DNA from: Octopus sinensis
Taxonomy: Eukaryota
Length of the DNA stretch: 63,086 bases
Direction: 5' to 3'
NCBI RefSeq assembly: GCF_006345805.1
Contig: NW_021833821.1
Span: 1 to 63,086, forward strand
The notes below the pieces were generated by a model, which had not been told where the DNA came from, did no database searches, and worked only from the letters and a program-made list of their open reading frames with translations. Made by a program: the position numbers and the translations under genes. This document shows, in pieces, positions 40,424-53,325 of the stretch (positions within the stretch are counted from its first letter, which is position 1; each line of letters opens with the position of its first letter).

Positions 40424-40630
40424 GGCGCAGGAGTGGCTGTGTGGTAAGTAGTTTGCTTACCAACCACACAGTTCTGGGTTCAGTCCCACTGCGTGGCACC
40501 TTGGGCAAGTGTCTTCTACTATAGCCTCGGGCCGACCAAAGACTTGCGAGTGGATTTGGTAGACGGAAACTGAAAGAAGCCCGTATATATGTATATATAT
40601 ATGTGTGTGTTTGTGTGTCTGTGTTTGTCT
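40424..40630 (+). mobile_element. SINE family A, 3'-truncated, followed by a family C-like head (~40660-40745)
   Basis: GGCGCAGGAGTGGCTGTGTGGTAAG..GGAAACTGAAAGAAGCCCG. Confidence 0.85.
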
Positions 40631-41446
40631 CCTCAAAAAGAGAAAAGAGAGACAAAAGTGTGGAGGAGTGTGGTTTAGTGGTTAGGGGTTTTGCAGCCAT
40701 GATCATAACACTGCAGTTTCGATTCATGGATCGGGCATGCCGTCTCTTACAGACGAGGTGTCCAGTACCGTAGATAGGCAGAAATAGCCCGAAACCGCTG
40801 ATCCCGTAGGTAGAATGTAGTAGGGAAAAGGACAAAAGGAAGAAAAAGTGAAAGAAAGAAGGGAAGAAGAGGAAAAGGAGAGAAAGAAGACAAAAAGACA
40901 CAGTAAGGATCACGTCCACCGCACCTATTTTTTTCTTGAAGAGGTCAAGGTCGCAATCTTTAAATCCATTTAAAATCAATGGTAAATGACTAAATGAATA
41001 AATGAATGGTGAATACGAAAGGGGATCCCCCTTCCCTTGAATCACCTTCTCTCTCTCTTTATCTATTTATCTGTCTAGCGATCTATCTTTCTATCAACCT
41101 CTCTACCTACCTATCACCATTGTCATGGAACCTCGCTCAACAAAACAAAACAACGTTCTCCTTTTCTAAACAAAATCCACCCCACCCCCTCAAACATCTG
41201 TTTTATATAAATGAAGAAGCTTTTTGTACATTCGCAAAATTTTATTTGACAAGTTGGAGAAATGAACGAAAGCGCTATTAATTATGAATAAATAGATTGT
41301 TTCCAAAATTCTGGCGAACTTTTTTCTTAATATATATATATATATATATATAGTTGGAATTTACAAAAAGCAAAAGACGAAGACAGGTGTGTAAACAAGA
41401 AACAGGTATATTAATGTATTAGTTTAACGCTCGGGAAGGTGGGAAC

Positions 41447-41486
41447 CTATTTTACCTTTCGAGTCTACGCTCTTCAGCAGAAATGA
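41447..41486 (-). ncRNA. Degenerate minimal hammerhead-like motif, same architecture as 50205-50242
   Basis: ATTT CTGCTGA A GAGC GTAG ACTC GAAA G GT A^AAAT; stem I ATTT/AAAT intact, core position 6 and helix III mutated. Confidence 0.45.
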
Positions 41487-41670
41487 ACCCGACAAAATAA
41501 ACTCTGTGTCACACTGAATCTCCTCGAGAACTACGTTAAGCGTACACGTGTCTGTGGAGTGCTCAGTCACTTGCACGTCAATTTCACGAGCAGGCTGTTC
41601 CATTGGTCGGATCAACTGGAACCCCACTCGTCATCGTAACCGACGGAGTGCAACGATATATACCTATGTA

Positions 41671-41714
<44 letters not shown>

Positions 41715-41764
41715 TTTATATATTTATTTATATATATTTATATATATACTTATATATATATAAT

Positions 41765-41802
<38 letters not shown>

Positions 41803-41803
<1 letters not shown>

Positions 41804-44800
41804 CTTCTTTTCCTGTCTGTCTTTATAGACAATGGGTTGCGCCAAGGGTGGGGCCTACTTTGATGATGTGCAGCGTCTGCTGTGACTGAACAGTCCAATT
41901 CTAGAGTGGCAGTCCTTGGTACAGTTGCTGCACACGAACATCGATGGGTACGTGTGGGGTGTTGCTGCAGTTGTTCTCCTCCTGTCCCGCCTGTCCAACC
42001 ACAGCTGTGCTCTCTCCTCTCCTCAGCCATGGAAACGCCTTTCCTCACCGTCCGACGCCAGGCAGAGCGGTCAGTCAGCTGTTTCCTCCCACGTGTCCAC
42101 ACAGATGTTGGCAGTCCTCAGGTCGCGCTTGCACACGTCCCTGTATCGTAGCTGTGGACGTCCCTTGGGTCGGAATCCCGTGGTGAGTTCGCTGTACAGG
42201 ATGTCTTTAGGCATGCGACCGTCCTGCATGCGGCAGACGTGTCCGAGCCAGCGCAGTCGTCTCCGCACGAGGAGGGCATACATGCTTGGCATATTAGTCT
42301 GTTCCAGGATGACTCCGTTTGGCACTCGGTCCTTCCAATCCGTCTGTTCAGCTCCGGCTCGAACAGACGGCTCGAGCTCCGGCTCGAGGGACAGGCTGCT
42401 GGAGACCGTCGATCCCAGGTAAGTGAACTCGTTCACCACCTGCAAGCTGTGGTCGCCGACACTGATGCTGGGGACCCCTCCGACGTCCTGGCCCATGATC
42501 TTTGTCTTTTTCAGGCTGATGGTAAGGCCGAACTCTTGGCAGGCATCCGCCAGGGAGCTGACCAGCCTCTGGAGACCCGGTTGGTTGTGTGATGTTAGGG
42601 CGGCATCGTCAGCAAAGAGGATCTCTCTGATCAGCACCTGACGGACTTTGGTCTTAGCTCTGAGGCGCGCAAGATTGAACAATCCACCATCAGCCCTGGT
42701 GTGGAGGAAACTCCGTCGTCCGACGTTCTGAAGGCATAGGACAGGGACAAGGAGAAGAAAATTCCGAAGAGCGTCGGCGCCAGAACGCAACCCTGTTTCA
42801 CTCCACTCTGGATGGGGAATGACTCCGAGAGCGATCCGTCAAACTGCACTGTTCCCTGCATACCGTCGTGAAGGAGGTGATGAGTTTCAGCAGTCTGGAG
42901 GGCAACCTATCCTACCCAGGAGCGCAAACAGCCCCTCCCTGCTGACTGAGTCGAACGCCTTAGCCAGGTCGATGAAGGCCACGTATAGGGGCTGTCTCTG
43001 TTCTCGACTCTTTTCTTGAAGCTGCCTGAGTGAGAAGATCATGTCAATTGTAGACCTCTCTGTCCTAAAGCCAGACTGAGACTCGGGGTACACACGCTCT
43101 GCAAGTATTTGCAACCTCTTCAGCCCCCTGGCAAATGCCTTACCGACAGTGCTGAGCAGTGATATGCCCCTGTAATTATTGCAGTCGCTTCTGTCCCCTT
43201 TGTTTTTTACGTGTGTGATGATGTTTGCGTCACACATATCCTTAGGGACAGAGCCCTCCTTCCAGCACTGACAGAGCAGCTCGTGGAGATGGTCCAGAAG
43301 GGCTGGCTTCCCGCACTGGATGACTTCTGCGGAGATGCCGTCTTGCCCTGGTGCCTTGCCCCGAGCGAGTGAGTCAATTGCTTTGCTCAGTTCTTCTTTG
43401 TTGGAGGCAGGTCAAGCTCCTCCATGACAGGCAGAGCAGGAATGCCGGCGAGGGCACACCTGGTGACCACATTCTCAGTGGAGTAGAGGTTCTGGTAATG
43501 CTCGACCCCACCTCTCCATCTGCTTCGCTTGGTCCTTGATGACCTCGCCATCTCTGGACTTCAGTGGAGCAACCTTTCTGACAGTGGGCCCGAATGCTTT
43601 CTTCATCCCCTCGTACATCCCTTTCACGTTACCACTGTCAGCACAGCACTGGATGTTCTGGCATAAGTTCTGCCAGTAGATGTTGGCGCAACGTCTGGCC
43701 GTCCTCGGGGCGTCGCTTCTGGCTGTTCTCAGAGTAGCCAGGTTCTTTTCTGATGGGTCGCGCTTATAGTTGACCAGTGCTTCCCTCTTGGCAGCAATGA
43801 CAGGCTCCATCTCAGGCAGGTGAGCTTCAAACCAGTCTTGATTTCTCCGCTCCCTCTTTCCTAGGGATGACATGGCTATTCTGCAAGTGGTGTCGCGAAT
43901 AATCTGCCATCTCTCCTCGATGGACGTGGCTGCGTGATCTTTAAGGCCTCCCCATGCGGTTGGTGAATTCCGAGCGGAGGTCGGGGTTGGTTGTCCTGGC
44001 AGTGTTGATGCGTGGGCGGCTTTTCCCTACGGGACGGTTGATTTTCTTTGGGGCCAATCGGACCCTGCTGCACACCAAAGAGTGGTCTGTATCACAGTCA
44101 GCACCATGGTAGCTGCGTGTGAGAAGCACACTGCCGAGGTGGGCTCGCCGGGTGATGACCATGTCCAGTTGGTGCCAGTGTCCGACCTTGGGTGCCTCCA
44201 TGAGACCTGGTGATGCGGCTTAGTCATGAAGAATGTGTTGGAAACGCAGAGTTTCCGGTAAGAGCAAAGCTCCAACAGTCTCTGGCCATTCTCATTCACC
44301 TTCCCACGCCAAAGCGTCCAAGGCAATCCGGCCATGCCCCATGATCGGATCCCACCCTGCGTTGAAGTCGCCCAGAAGGAAGATGGCTCCGACCTGGTAT
44401 CTGGCCGATGGTGGCGTCGAGCTCCTCATAGAACCAGTCTTTTTTTCCTGAGGAGAGTGGAGTGTTGGGGCATAAGCACTAATTATGTTTGCCTTCCCCG
44501 TTGATGTTGCAAGGTTAAGAGTGAGGATGCGTTCTGAGCCATTTGAAGGAGGGATCACCATGGGGAGCAAGCTGTTCCTCACGGCAAACCCCACGCCATG
44601 CTGGCGGGCCTCCTCGACGGGTCTCCCCTGCCAGTAGAAGGTGTAGTCCTTCTCCCGTAGCATGCCGTCTGCGGCGAGCCTGGTCTCTTGCAGCGCCGCT
44701 ATGTCGATGTTCAGCCTTTTCAATTCGGTGTTGAAGACTGCTGTCTTCCTACTGTAGTTCATCTGTCGTAGATCGTCAATGATGCCAGGGCACATGGTCC

Positions 44801-45508
44801 TGACATTCCTGGTGGCCAGTCGCAAGACTGGTGACTGGGTTTTTGTTTTTCCTTTGTTTTGTTTGTTTGCTGGTGCAGGGTTTTCAGCCTGCTTTTCAGA
44901 TTTTGTCCTAGCTCCAAGCACCCATTGAAGCGGGCAGTCTGTGGCGGGTCAGCACCATTATTGGCCAGGGGCTGCCCAGCTTAAGGCGGGCGGTAGCTGA
45001 CCAGTGGGACTTCAATGGTCCCTCCCACCGTTAGAGACGGCCCGTAGCGCCCGGGATTACGCCAATTCACCCTGGCTTATAACTCGTAACTGCCATCTCA
45101 GCTTGTTCCATCGAAGGAGTAGTTTCTCCATGGCGCAAGCCTGGGCGATAGAAACGAAGACACTGGGCTGCCCAGACACCAGAATCTCCCTCTCGGCCCC
45201 CCAGACATAATCCAAAGGAATGCAGTGCAGTACGTTTGGAGTCTGGTTGGCTGCAGGAGTTGCCGGAAAGAGGTCGAGATTCGACACCCTACCGCCTTCG
45301 GGGCTCCACTCCGGATTTTCTGTCTGGGTTTACTCCCATAGCCTTTCACTCTCCCAAGAGCATCCGCAAGGCAGTGGAGCGAGGGTTTGGAGTCAGAGTT
45401 TTCCTTCTCCTAGACTGGCTGCCAACCAAGGCTAACGAGCCCAGTCTGCCCACCTGGTTATACCGCCAAGCACCCGGTCGCGCCACACAGCAGGCTCAGT
45501 GTTCTCAC
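41803..45508 (-). mobile_element. Near full-length RTE-clade LINE (~3.7 kb): 5' UTR, AP endonuclease, reverse transcriptase, C-terminal zinc finger; multiply frameshifted
   Basis: ORF pieces LRLATRNVRTM..DIAALQETRL, FLLGDFNA, WRHPRS..WHQLDMVITRR, DHSLV; KNKGDRSDCNNYRGISLLS, QSGFR..RSTIDMIF, AFIDLAKAFDSV, GVKQGCVLAPTLF, LFADD (42602-42619), FTYLGS, RLRWLGHV.RM..GR.PK; my translation of 41855-41950 gives FVCSNCTKDCHSRIGLFSHSRRCTSSK*; both flanks are (TA)n. Confidence 0.95.
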
Positions 45509-45557
45509 TATATATATAATATATATATATATATATAATATATATATATATATTATA

Positions 45558-45597
<40 letters not shown>

Positions 45598-45782
45598 ATA
45601 TATATGCATGATTCTGTGTGAAGGGAGAGTTCGTTTAAATTTTGTATAAAGCTTTTAGGGAGCGTTGCTCTGAGACTTCGATGTCACTATTAAAAACCTG
45701 CAATATTTAATTACATGATAATATAAAAATTTTTTCCTTCTCCTGTTTTATCAAAAGAGAAAAAAACTTTCTTCTACAATCC

Positions 45783-45868
<86 letters not shown>

Positions 45869-46252
45869 CAGATAGAGTGACAGATAGACAGATAAACATA
45901 CAAGCACACTCATACACACGCACAGACACACACACGTAGGCACACATGCACACCCACACATACACTTAGAGTGGAACAGGCATATCACAATTTCGCTTCC
46001 TCTTACCTAAATTAAGGTGTTTAATCAGAACTCGCGGCATCATCATCTGTATAGCAATTTGCTGTTCTTATTTTGCAAGAGGTTAATTTCGAGCCATATC
46101 TGTGAACTTCGAAATCTCTCCCTCTATAAAACGTGAGAGTTCCGTCGTCCATTACTGCAATCATATATATCAAAATACAATACGTAATCCAATCTCATTA
46201 AGTATGGATAAATGAAAGACTGGTGGGAGAATGTTTTAGTGCGAAAGATGAT

Positions 46253-46850
46253 AAAGTGGAGATTATGCAAACTCATTGACGTTGTGACAAGAAAATAAAG
46301 ACATGTCCAGACTTGGGAATGAACGAGGCAACGGTGTGAAATTTCTGAAGAAAAATAGATTACTTTAAAGACAAATTTAAAGTTGTATCAACTTTACAGA
46401 GACAAAGAATAAGGAATAGAAGTTGTGTGTTTGAAATAATGTTGCTTTTGAGTTTGTGTATGTAAAAAGTTGCAATAAAATGTGAATTCCCCTAAGCTCC
46501 GTGTCTACTTTATAACAGAAAACTTTATGTACCAGGTATTCTTTGGCGCTGAAAGAAATCTTAAGAAAGGAAAGCGTGAATCTAACAGGAAAAATAGAAA
46601 TAAAAAGAAAGTTTTGCTGTTAGATGTAGTTTTGAACGGGATTTTGTAAGATGTTATCAGAGTAGAGCAGTAAGTGCAAAGGAAAATTCATATAAAAAAT
46701 ATCTGAAACGTTGTTGGAATGAAATAATGGACGTGAGGACACGAGGACTTAATGCGGTGAAAAACAATGTTAACGAACAAAGAATATTCTAGAAAAGAAT
46801 GTGTTTCACAAATCATTTTGTAACGGATGCAACCGGACGTAATGGGTTCC
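46253..46850 (+). pseudogene. Heavily decayed Tigger/pogo-like transposase remnant
   Basis: 46253-46345 reads KVEIMQTH*RCDKKIKTCPDLGMNEATV*, like the pogo N-terminal HTH (K.EII..HERG....I...LGMNESTVR); near 46810-46840 a QI..D(A)TG motif recalls QIFN.DETG. Confidence 0.5.
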
Positions 46851-47079
46851 TTCGAAGGACCTGCCGGGGGTAATGTTATTTGATAGGTTATAAGGTTATT
46901 ACCAGTTAAAATATGTTTGGGGAATATTCGAACCCGTAAGAAAGCCGTTCATTGTGTGTTGTCATGGAGAAAATTTTTCGCTGTAGATAAGTGGTGTAAT
47001 TACATCAATATTAAACATTTCTGCTTAGCGCTGCCATTCTGTTATTTGACAGAAAGCACGGCTCAGTGATCGGGGTGTC

Positions 47080-47300
47080 CCTCCATATTGTATCACCACG
47101 TTGAGCGGTCACAGCTGCAGTACTACAACCATGTGGTTAGAATGTCACAGGAAAGAATCATTTGACAGATTCTTCAACCGGAGCCAACCAAAAGGAGATC
47201 CTGGGGCAGAGCAAAGTGGAGATTGTTGGATAATACACATATTCTCATTCGGTCACGTTTGGGAAATCCAGTAGGAATGTGTAATGTTGGTTGCTTTTGA
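47080..47300 (+). pseudogene. Old RTE-like LINE C-terminal fragment
   Basis: Frame from 47103: ERSQLQYYNHVVRMSQERII*QILQPEPTKRRSWGRAKWRLLDN, like ..QLRW(Y/F)GHV.RM..ER..RQ......GRR..GRP..RW.D. Confidence 0.7.
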
Positions 47301-47822
47301 TAGGACCCTGTTGAGGAGGTTTCTGGGAATTCTACCCCTACGATCCTCCTACGATCGGGTGCGGAGATGACGGATGAATGGACTTTGTCTGTTTAAAAAT
47401 TTGCACCACAGATTTCATATGTTGAAAGTTCGCATAATATATATATATATATATATAATATACAACTAAAAATAAGGGTGTCTGAGAGACACCACCATGC
47501 CGAAATAGCAGTCAAATCCCTGACTCTAAGAACCACCTTAAATGTTCATATCACACCATGAGATAAGACGGAGGGACAAAACAGACTAGCAAAAAGATTT
47601 TACTGAATAATTCAAGATCCTGGATTTCTAGCTTTGCTTTAAATAAACTTTGCCGTCATCGGTTGAATATATCAAAGTACATAAATACAAATACATATAT
47701 GCAGAACAAACGTTATACTTACGTATACGAACGTCCATACATACATATATATGCACGTATGTACAAGGCTGGTTTAAATTTCCCACCAAACACCTCATAT
47801 ATTTATATATATATATATATGC

Positions 47823-48004
47823 GGGTGGCACGTAAAAAGCACCCACTACACTCACGGAGTGGTTGGCGTTAGGAAGGGCATCCAGCCGTAGAAACACTGC
47901 CAGATCTGACTGGGCCTGATGAAGCCTTCCGGCTTCACAGACCTCAGTTGAACCGTCCAACACATGCTAGCATGGAAAACGGACGCTAATCGATGATGAT
48001 GATG

Positions 48005-48005
<1 letters not shown>
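47823..48005 (+). mobile_element. 3' part of a further SINE family ending in (GAT)n
   Basis: GGTGGCACGTAAAAAGCACCCACTACAC..TGGCGTTAGGAAGGGCATCCAGC..GCATGGAAAACGGACGCTAATCGATGATGATG. Confidence 0.65.
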
Positions 48006-48037
<32 letters not shown>

Positions 48038-48070
48038 GCATATATATATATATATATACATATATATACA

Positions 48071-48202
<132 letters not shown>

Positions 48203-48867
48203 CTAGACATGATGTTTTAGAACGAATGATTGTGATTCAGCCAGAGCTCTGAAAGGCTGGAACCAACATTATCATCCAGGAAATTAATGGCGGTATAAGA
48301 AGAAAGTAGAGGAGTCGAAACCATTTTCTGGAAGTGAAAAACAATTGAAAGTAATGACTAAAAATGAATTCCATGCAATGTTACATGAATTTGTAAATTT
48401 CAAACAATGAAATAATCGCTACGGACGCCAATGACAAATAAACCATACAAATTCATTGAAGACTATAAAATGAATTTCGCTGTCATTGACGAACGCGTAC
48501 AATACAGGAGACAAAAATGATATGTCGACTCATTTATAGTTTATTACGAGTTAAAACAAAGACCGGCTTTTTAACGAAATCTGTCTATGGAATGATGATG
48601 TATGTATTTAAGTGAAAATGGATAAATGGATGTGTTTATATATGTATATATGTATGTATGGATATATTGATGTATGTATAAATGGATATATATGTAAAAT
48701 GCGGTTGAAGTGATCCGTGTTGTGTATTTTTTCAGGAAAGGAATATGTAAAAATATGCTTCTCTCTCTTTCTATGTACAATGAACATGAAATGTATTGGT
48801 TGCGAGAAACATCGTTGTTTTCGAATTTTATAACAAAGATTCGAATTCTGGATCCCCTTCTTTCCTG

Positions 48868-49125
48868 GGTCCACTTTGCCTTTTAGTCTTGCGGTTCCGA
48901 TAAATAAAACACCAGGCGGTTACCGGAGTCGATCAGGTAATTACAGGTGCCAAGCTGTATTAACCTTTGCCTTTCCCTTGGATAACATCAGTGGTGTGGA
49001 GAGCGGAGGCTGGTATGCATGGTTTGCTGGCATGCATGGTCTTCCATAAACAACCTTGCCCGGACTTGTTCCTCGGAGGGTAACTTTCTAGGTTCAATCC
49101 CATGGTCAGCGATGACAGAAGTGGG
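48868..49125 (+). mobile_element. Chimeric SINE remnant: family B core joined to family D 3' half
   Basis: GGGTCCACTTTGCCTTT..GATAAATAAAACACCAG then GGTGCCAAGCTGTAT..TTTCCCTTGGATAACA..GGAGGGTAACTTTCTAGG, the reverse complement of 13250-13415. Confidence 0.65.
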
Positions 49126-50204
49126 TCTCAGCAACTACACACACAAACGCACGCACGCGCACGCACACATATAAGATATATATATATATATATATAAATA
49201 CCTGTATAGTTATGCGTATGTATACACACACACGCATGCACACACACACGCACACATGTAATGTCTGCGTGGATGTCTTTGTGTATGTACCAAACAAACC
49301 ACCACCGCTCGACAACCGGTGTTGTTTTGTTTATGTCCACGTACCTTGTTGGTTTGGCAAGTGATACTTATAAAACAAGCACAGAGTTTTGTTCTGTGGT
49401 GGATTTGTTCGACGAAACCCTTGAATACGATGTCCCAGACAAGAACTAGTAAAAAATAAAAGCATAAATATAAAATGGCATAAACATAAAATATATTACG
49501 TATTTTTGAAATAAATCCTGCCAATTCATTCTCTATATAGAAGAAATATCGTATAATGAATGATATTACTGCTTCTGCAACTAAAAGAAAAAAAAAGGTA
49601 AAAAAACACCGCGTGAAAAATTGAAAGTGTTATATGAAAAAATACACCAAAATATAAATCAGTTTGAATGACGTATTCAACACCACGCCAAGGACAGTTT
49701 TAAATAAATTTTATTTTTTGAAAATAGATTCTAATTTATAATATAGCTCTAGCTATTCTGATTGTATTCCAATATATGAATTAATAACATAAAAATACGT
49801 AAAAAAATCTATTGTTAAATGATAGGTATAAAATAAAATTATATGGTTTATTTTTTATGAAATAAAGTTTAATTAAAATATTTCTTTTATTAAAATACAT
49901 TTAATGATTTTTAGTAACACGCCAAGCAAAATTACAAAAATGCATCTAATTTTCTTATATATAGAACCTGATAAAAGGGAATGACATCAACAATTAATGA
50001 ATAATACGAACTAGCGTACTCCGTTGGGCATTCTAATTTTTTGCGTAAAAGAACATTTCCTCCTAAACAATTATGTATTTTGTGCTTCGTATTACCTAAT
50101 GCAAACATATACACACATACACACACGCACACACCCACACAAATATATACTTCCAGTCAATTCAGCCAAGTAATACATTTCCTTCACCGGATCATTCCCG
50201 TCTC

Positions 50205-50242
50205 CTCTTTCTGACGAAGAGCCATGCTCGAAACGTTATAAT
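50205..50242 (+). ncRNA. Minimal hammerhead motif with intact core
   Basis: CTTT CTGACGA A GAGC CAT GCTC GAAA CG TT^ATAA; perfect stem II, palindromic AACGTT helix III, weak stem I. Confidence 0.6.
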
Positions 50243-50408
50243 ATCGTTGTAATTTTACACTTTTCCCATCGTATATTGAGCCTCTAGCTAATATATATAA
50301 CAAACTATGAGGCTTAAAGCAGATCACAACGGCTATGAGATAATATCGAATACTGATAAAACAGAATTCTTAATATATATTGCACTGCAATCTCTAGCAG
50401 GGAGGTGC

Positions 50409-50453
50409 CTAGTACTGATGAAGGGTAAAGAACCAGAAAACATGGTCTACTGG
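50409..50453 (+). ncRNA. Type I hammerhead motif with canonical GUC cleavage triplet
   Basis: CTAGTA CTGATGA A GGGT AAAG AACC A GAAA AC ATG GTC^TACTGG; stem I 6 bp, extra A residues around GAAA. Confidence 0.6.
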
Positions 50454-50708
50454 TCTTGCCAAGCAAGAGGGAAATGGCTGGCTCCCTTACTCACAATATA
50501 TCAGGCACAGATTTTATGTCATTAAATAACTGCACATGACGTTTTCCTAAGGTTAAAAGGTATTAACATAGTTCGTTATAGAACAGCCATTTTATTGTGG
50601 CAAAAGAACCGTTACCGTCTAGTATTGTTACGACTTATATATCTCGTTTGAAAATGTTGGAACTAGTGATTTTGCTCCTCACTTATGAATATTTAGGCAT
50701 ATATACGT

Positions 50709-50786
<78 letters not shown>

Positions 50787-50816
50787 GTCTATCTATCTAT
50801 CTACCCATCTCTCTTT

Positions 50817-50896
<80 letters not shown>

Positions 50897-50924
50897 GTAC
50901 ATACATATACACATACGTCATATA

Positions 50925-50963
<39 letters not shown>

Positions 50964-51641
50964 ACCCACTCTCCAGAAACATAATTTCATCACAACTTAA
51001 TCTTTATATATCAGATGTTGCTACAAGACAAAATTAGGCCTATAATAATATAATAATAATAATAATAATATAATAATAATATAATAATAATAATATAATA
51101 TAATAATAATATAATAATAATAATAATAATAATAATATAATAATAATAATGATAATAATAATAACATTAACAAAAACAACAAAAAATGATGAAGATTTCA
51201 TTTATTTTTTAATAATATCAACATATAACAACAATAACCTAGATACAAAATTTACGAAATAATTGAAAAAAAAAATTAAGAGAAAATATAAAATGTGAAA
51301 TGGGAAAATGAAATTAACTGTTTTATTACGCAAATTCAGCATTTTCCTGTTGTGCTTTTCATAGCTTAACTTATTACTTAACTTGGTATTACATAATAAT
51401 ATAATACGATTGTTACATTTATTGATGCTTCTTTTATTGCCGAATGTAATTTGTGTGTAAGATGTAATATATTTTAATTGAAATGAAAATCGATTACATT
51501 TCAAATTCTTCATATTACTACTATTTTAAATATATTTAAATATCTAATAAGTGTTCGAGGAGCTTTCACAATATGCCCGTATTGTTATATATATATATAT
51601 ATATATACATACATACAACATACATACATACATACATACAC

Positions 51642-51675
<34 letters not shown>

Positions 51676-51676
51676 C

Positions 51677-51711
<35 letters not shown>

Positions 51712-51982
51712 ATATATATGTTGTGTTTATATATATCTACCGGAGTAAACATATAAATGTGAAACAAGGTGGAAAAAAATATACTCAAATACCAGTGGTA
51801 GAGTAAATGCTTTCACTGAAGTAATATCTATATATATATATAATATATAATATATATAGTATATTATATATATATATATATATATATATGTGTATATCTG
51901 TTTTTTCTCTGTATCTGTCCAGTATGTCCGCAGTCAAAATGACTGAAACAAGAAAAAGATTATAAATAGATTTATCATATTT

Positions 51983-52217
51983 TATTTCTTTACTGCCCAC
52001 AAGGGGCTAAACACAGAGGGGACAAAGAAGGACAGACAAACGGATTAAGTCGATTACATCGACCCCAGTGCGTAACTGGTACTTAATTTATCGACCCTGA
52101 AAGGATGAAAGGCAAAGTCGACCTCGGCGGAATTTGAACTCAGAACATAATGGCAGACGCATAATGGCGGCTATGCATTTCACCCGGCGTGCTAACGGTT
52201 CTGCCAGCTCGCCGCCT
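51983..52217 (-). mobile_element. SINE family B1, full copy
   Basis: Reverse complement of 38409-38645. Confidence 0.9.
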
Positions 52218-52299
52218 ACACAATCTATATCAACATTTTTTAATTTGTACATTTCCTAATAACGTTTAATTATAAAAAAATTTCTGAAACATTGAATGG

Positions 52300-52370
52300 T
52301 TATAACGGTCCGTCTGAGTAAAATGGAAGCCAAAAGAGTCGATAGGTAATAAAAGGGTTGAGAAACACTG
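52300..52370. mobile_element. hAT-type right terminus fragment
   Basis: AAAAGGGTTGAGAAACACTG (reverse complement CAGTGTTTCTCAACC) is a typical Charlie/Buster-type terminus; no partner end seen. Confidence 0.45.
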
Positions 52371-52974
52371 GGCTAGAATGTTCGAGCAAGTGCTCGAACC
52401 CTTGCCATTCTCTGAGAAAAATCAGGTGAAACGCACATGCCCCATCGTTTTGTTTAATGGTTTTCTTTGAAGACGGTTGGACGAGTCATACATTTACGAC
52501 CATCAACATACGTGTTTTTATAATTTCCTCCCTGAACAGAGCTCTGATGACAACTATTTCATGGACAGCCCTAATAATTTGCCTCCTTGCAGCATCTCTG
52601 TCATAATAGACACCCTTAAATAATGATTGCTGAAATTTAAGTCAACCATTTTTCTCTTAAATATGGCTTCACGTAAATCCCCGTTATAATCACCGTAATT
52701 TGAAATATAAATGTTTCTATAACGGTACCGATTATTAAATTCTCTCCTATAGTTACGTGTTACAGCAAACTCAAAACATTGGTTTTTTTCTACGCAGTTC
52801 AGCAAGGGGATGTACAAAATTGTCCCCTGATTACTTGAAGTTTACGGCGTATTTCATTTTACTGAACTTCTCTTCGAAAATATGGAGGGATTTAAAATTA
52901 ACTTAATTTGCATATATTTGCAACGCATTAAACCCTTCTAGTAAAAATATGTCTGTTATATAAATTCAGCGAAA

Positions 52975-53325
52975 GAGAAAGTATTGTTTTTAGCCGTGTT
53001 TGCTTGTTGGACCGTTCAAGATATCTCAACAACCGCTGGATGGATTTCGATGACACTTCCAGATATGATTGGCCTTATGACTGGGACGAACTAATTAGAT
53101 TTTGGGATCGATCCGGTACCGGACTTGGGTTCTGGATTATTTTCCTCTTTCATTTTTTACTTACATTTTTAGAGTGGTCAGGTTCACTTGTAGTATTCTC
53201 ATTTGTGAAGAGCAGTTGATTTTATTTCAGATATTCTCATTTTAAAAATCATCTCCGGCTAATCGTTGAGAGGATGATGGTGTTGTCTTGGCGAAGGTTT
53301 GCACTTTCTGAGTGCTCTTGTTTGT
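52975..53325 (+). mobile_element. Helentron/DINE-like non-autonomous element
   Basis: TGTTTGCTTGTT..GATATCTCAACAACCGCTGGATGGATTT..TTTTGGGATCGATCCGG..GGCGAAGGTTTGCACTTTCTGAGTGCTCTTGTT follows the HINE-type layout as I recall it. Confidence 0.5.

Noticed and set aside
41882-45538. Plus-strand ORFs overlapping the LINE
   Set aside because: Antisense shadows of a GC-rich coding region
47913-47945. CTGATGA-AGCC-TTCC-GGCT looks like a hammerhead 5' half
   Set aside because: No GAAA follows stem II and no helix III or cleavage site exists; it lies inside an ordinary SINE tail
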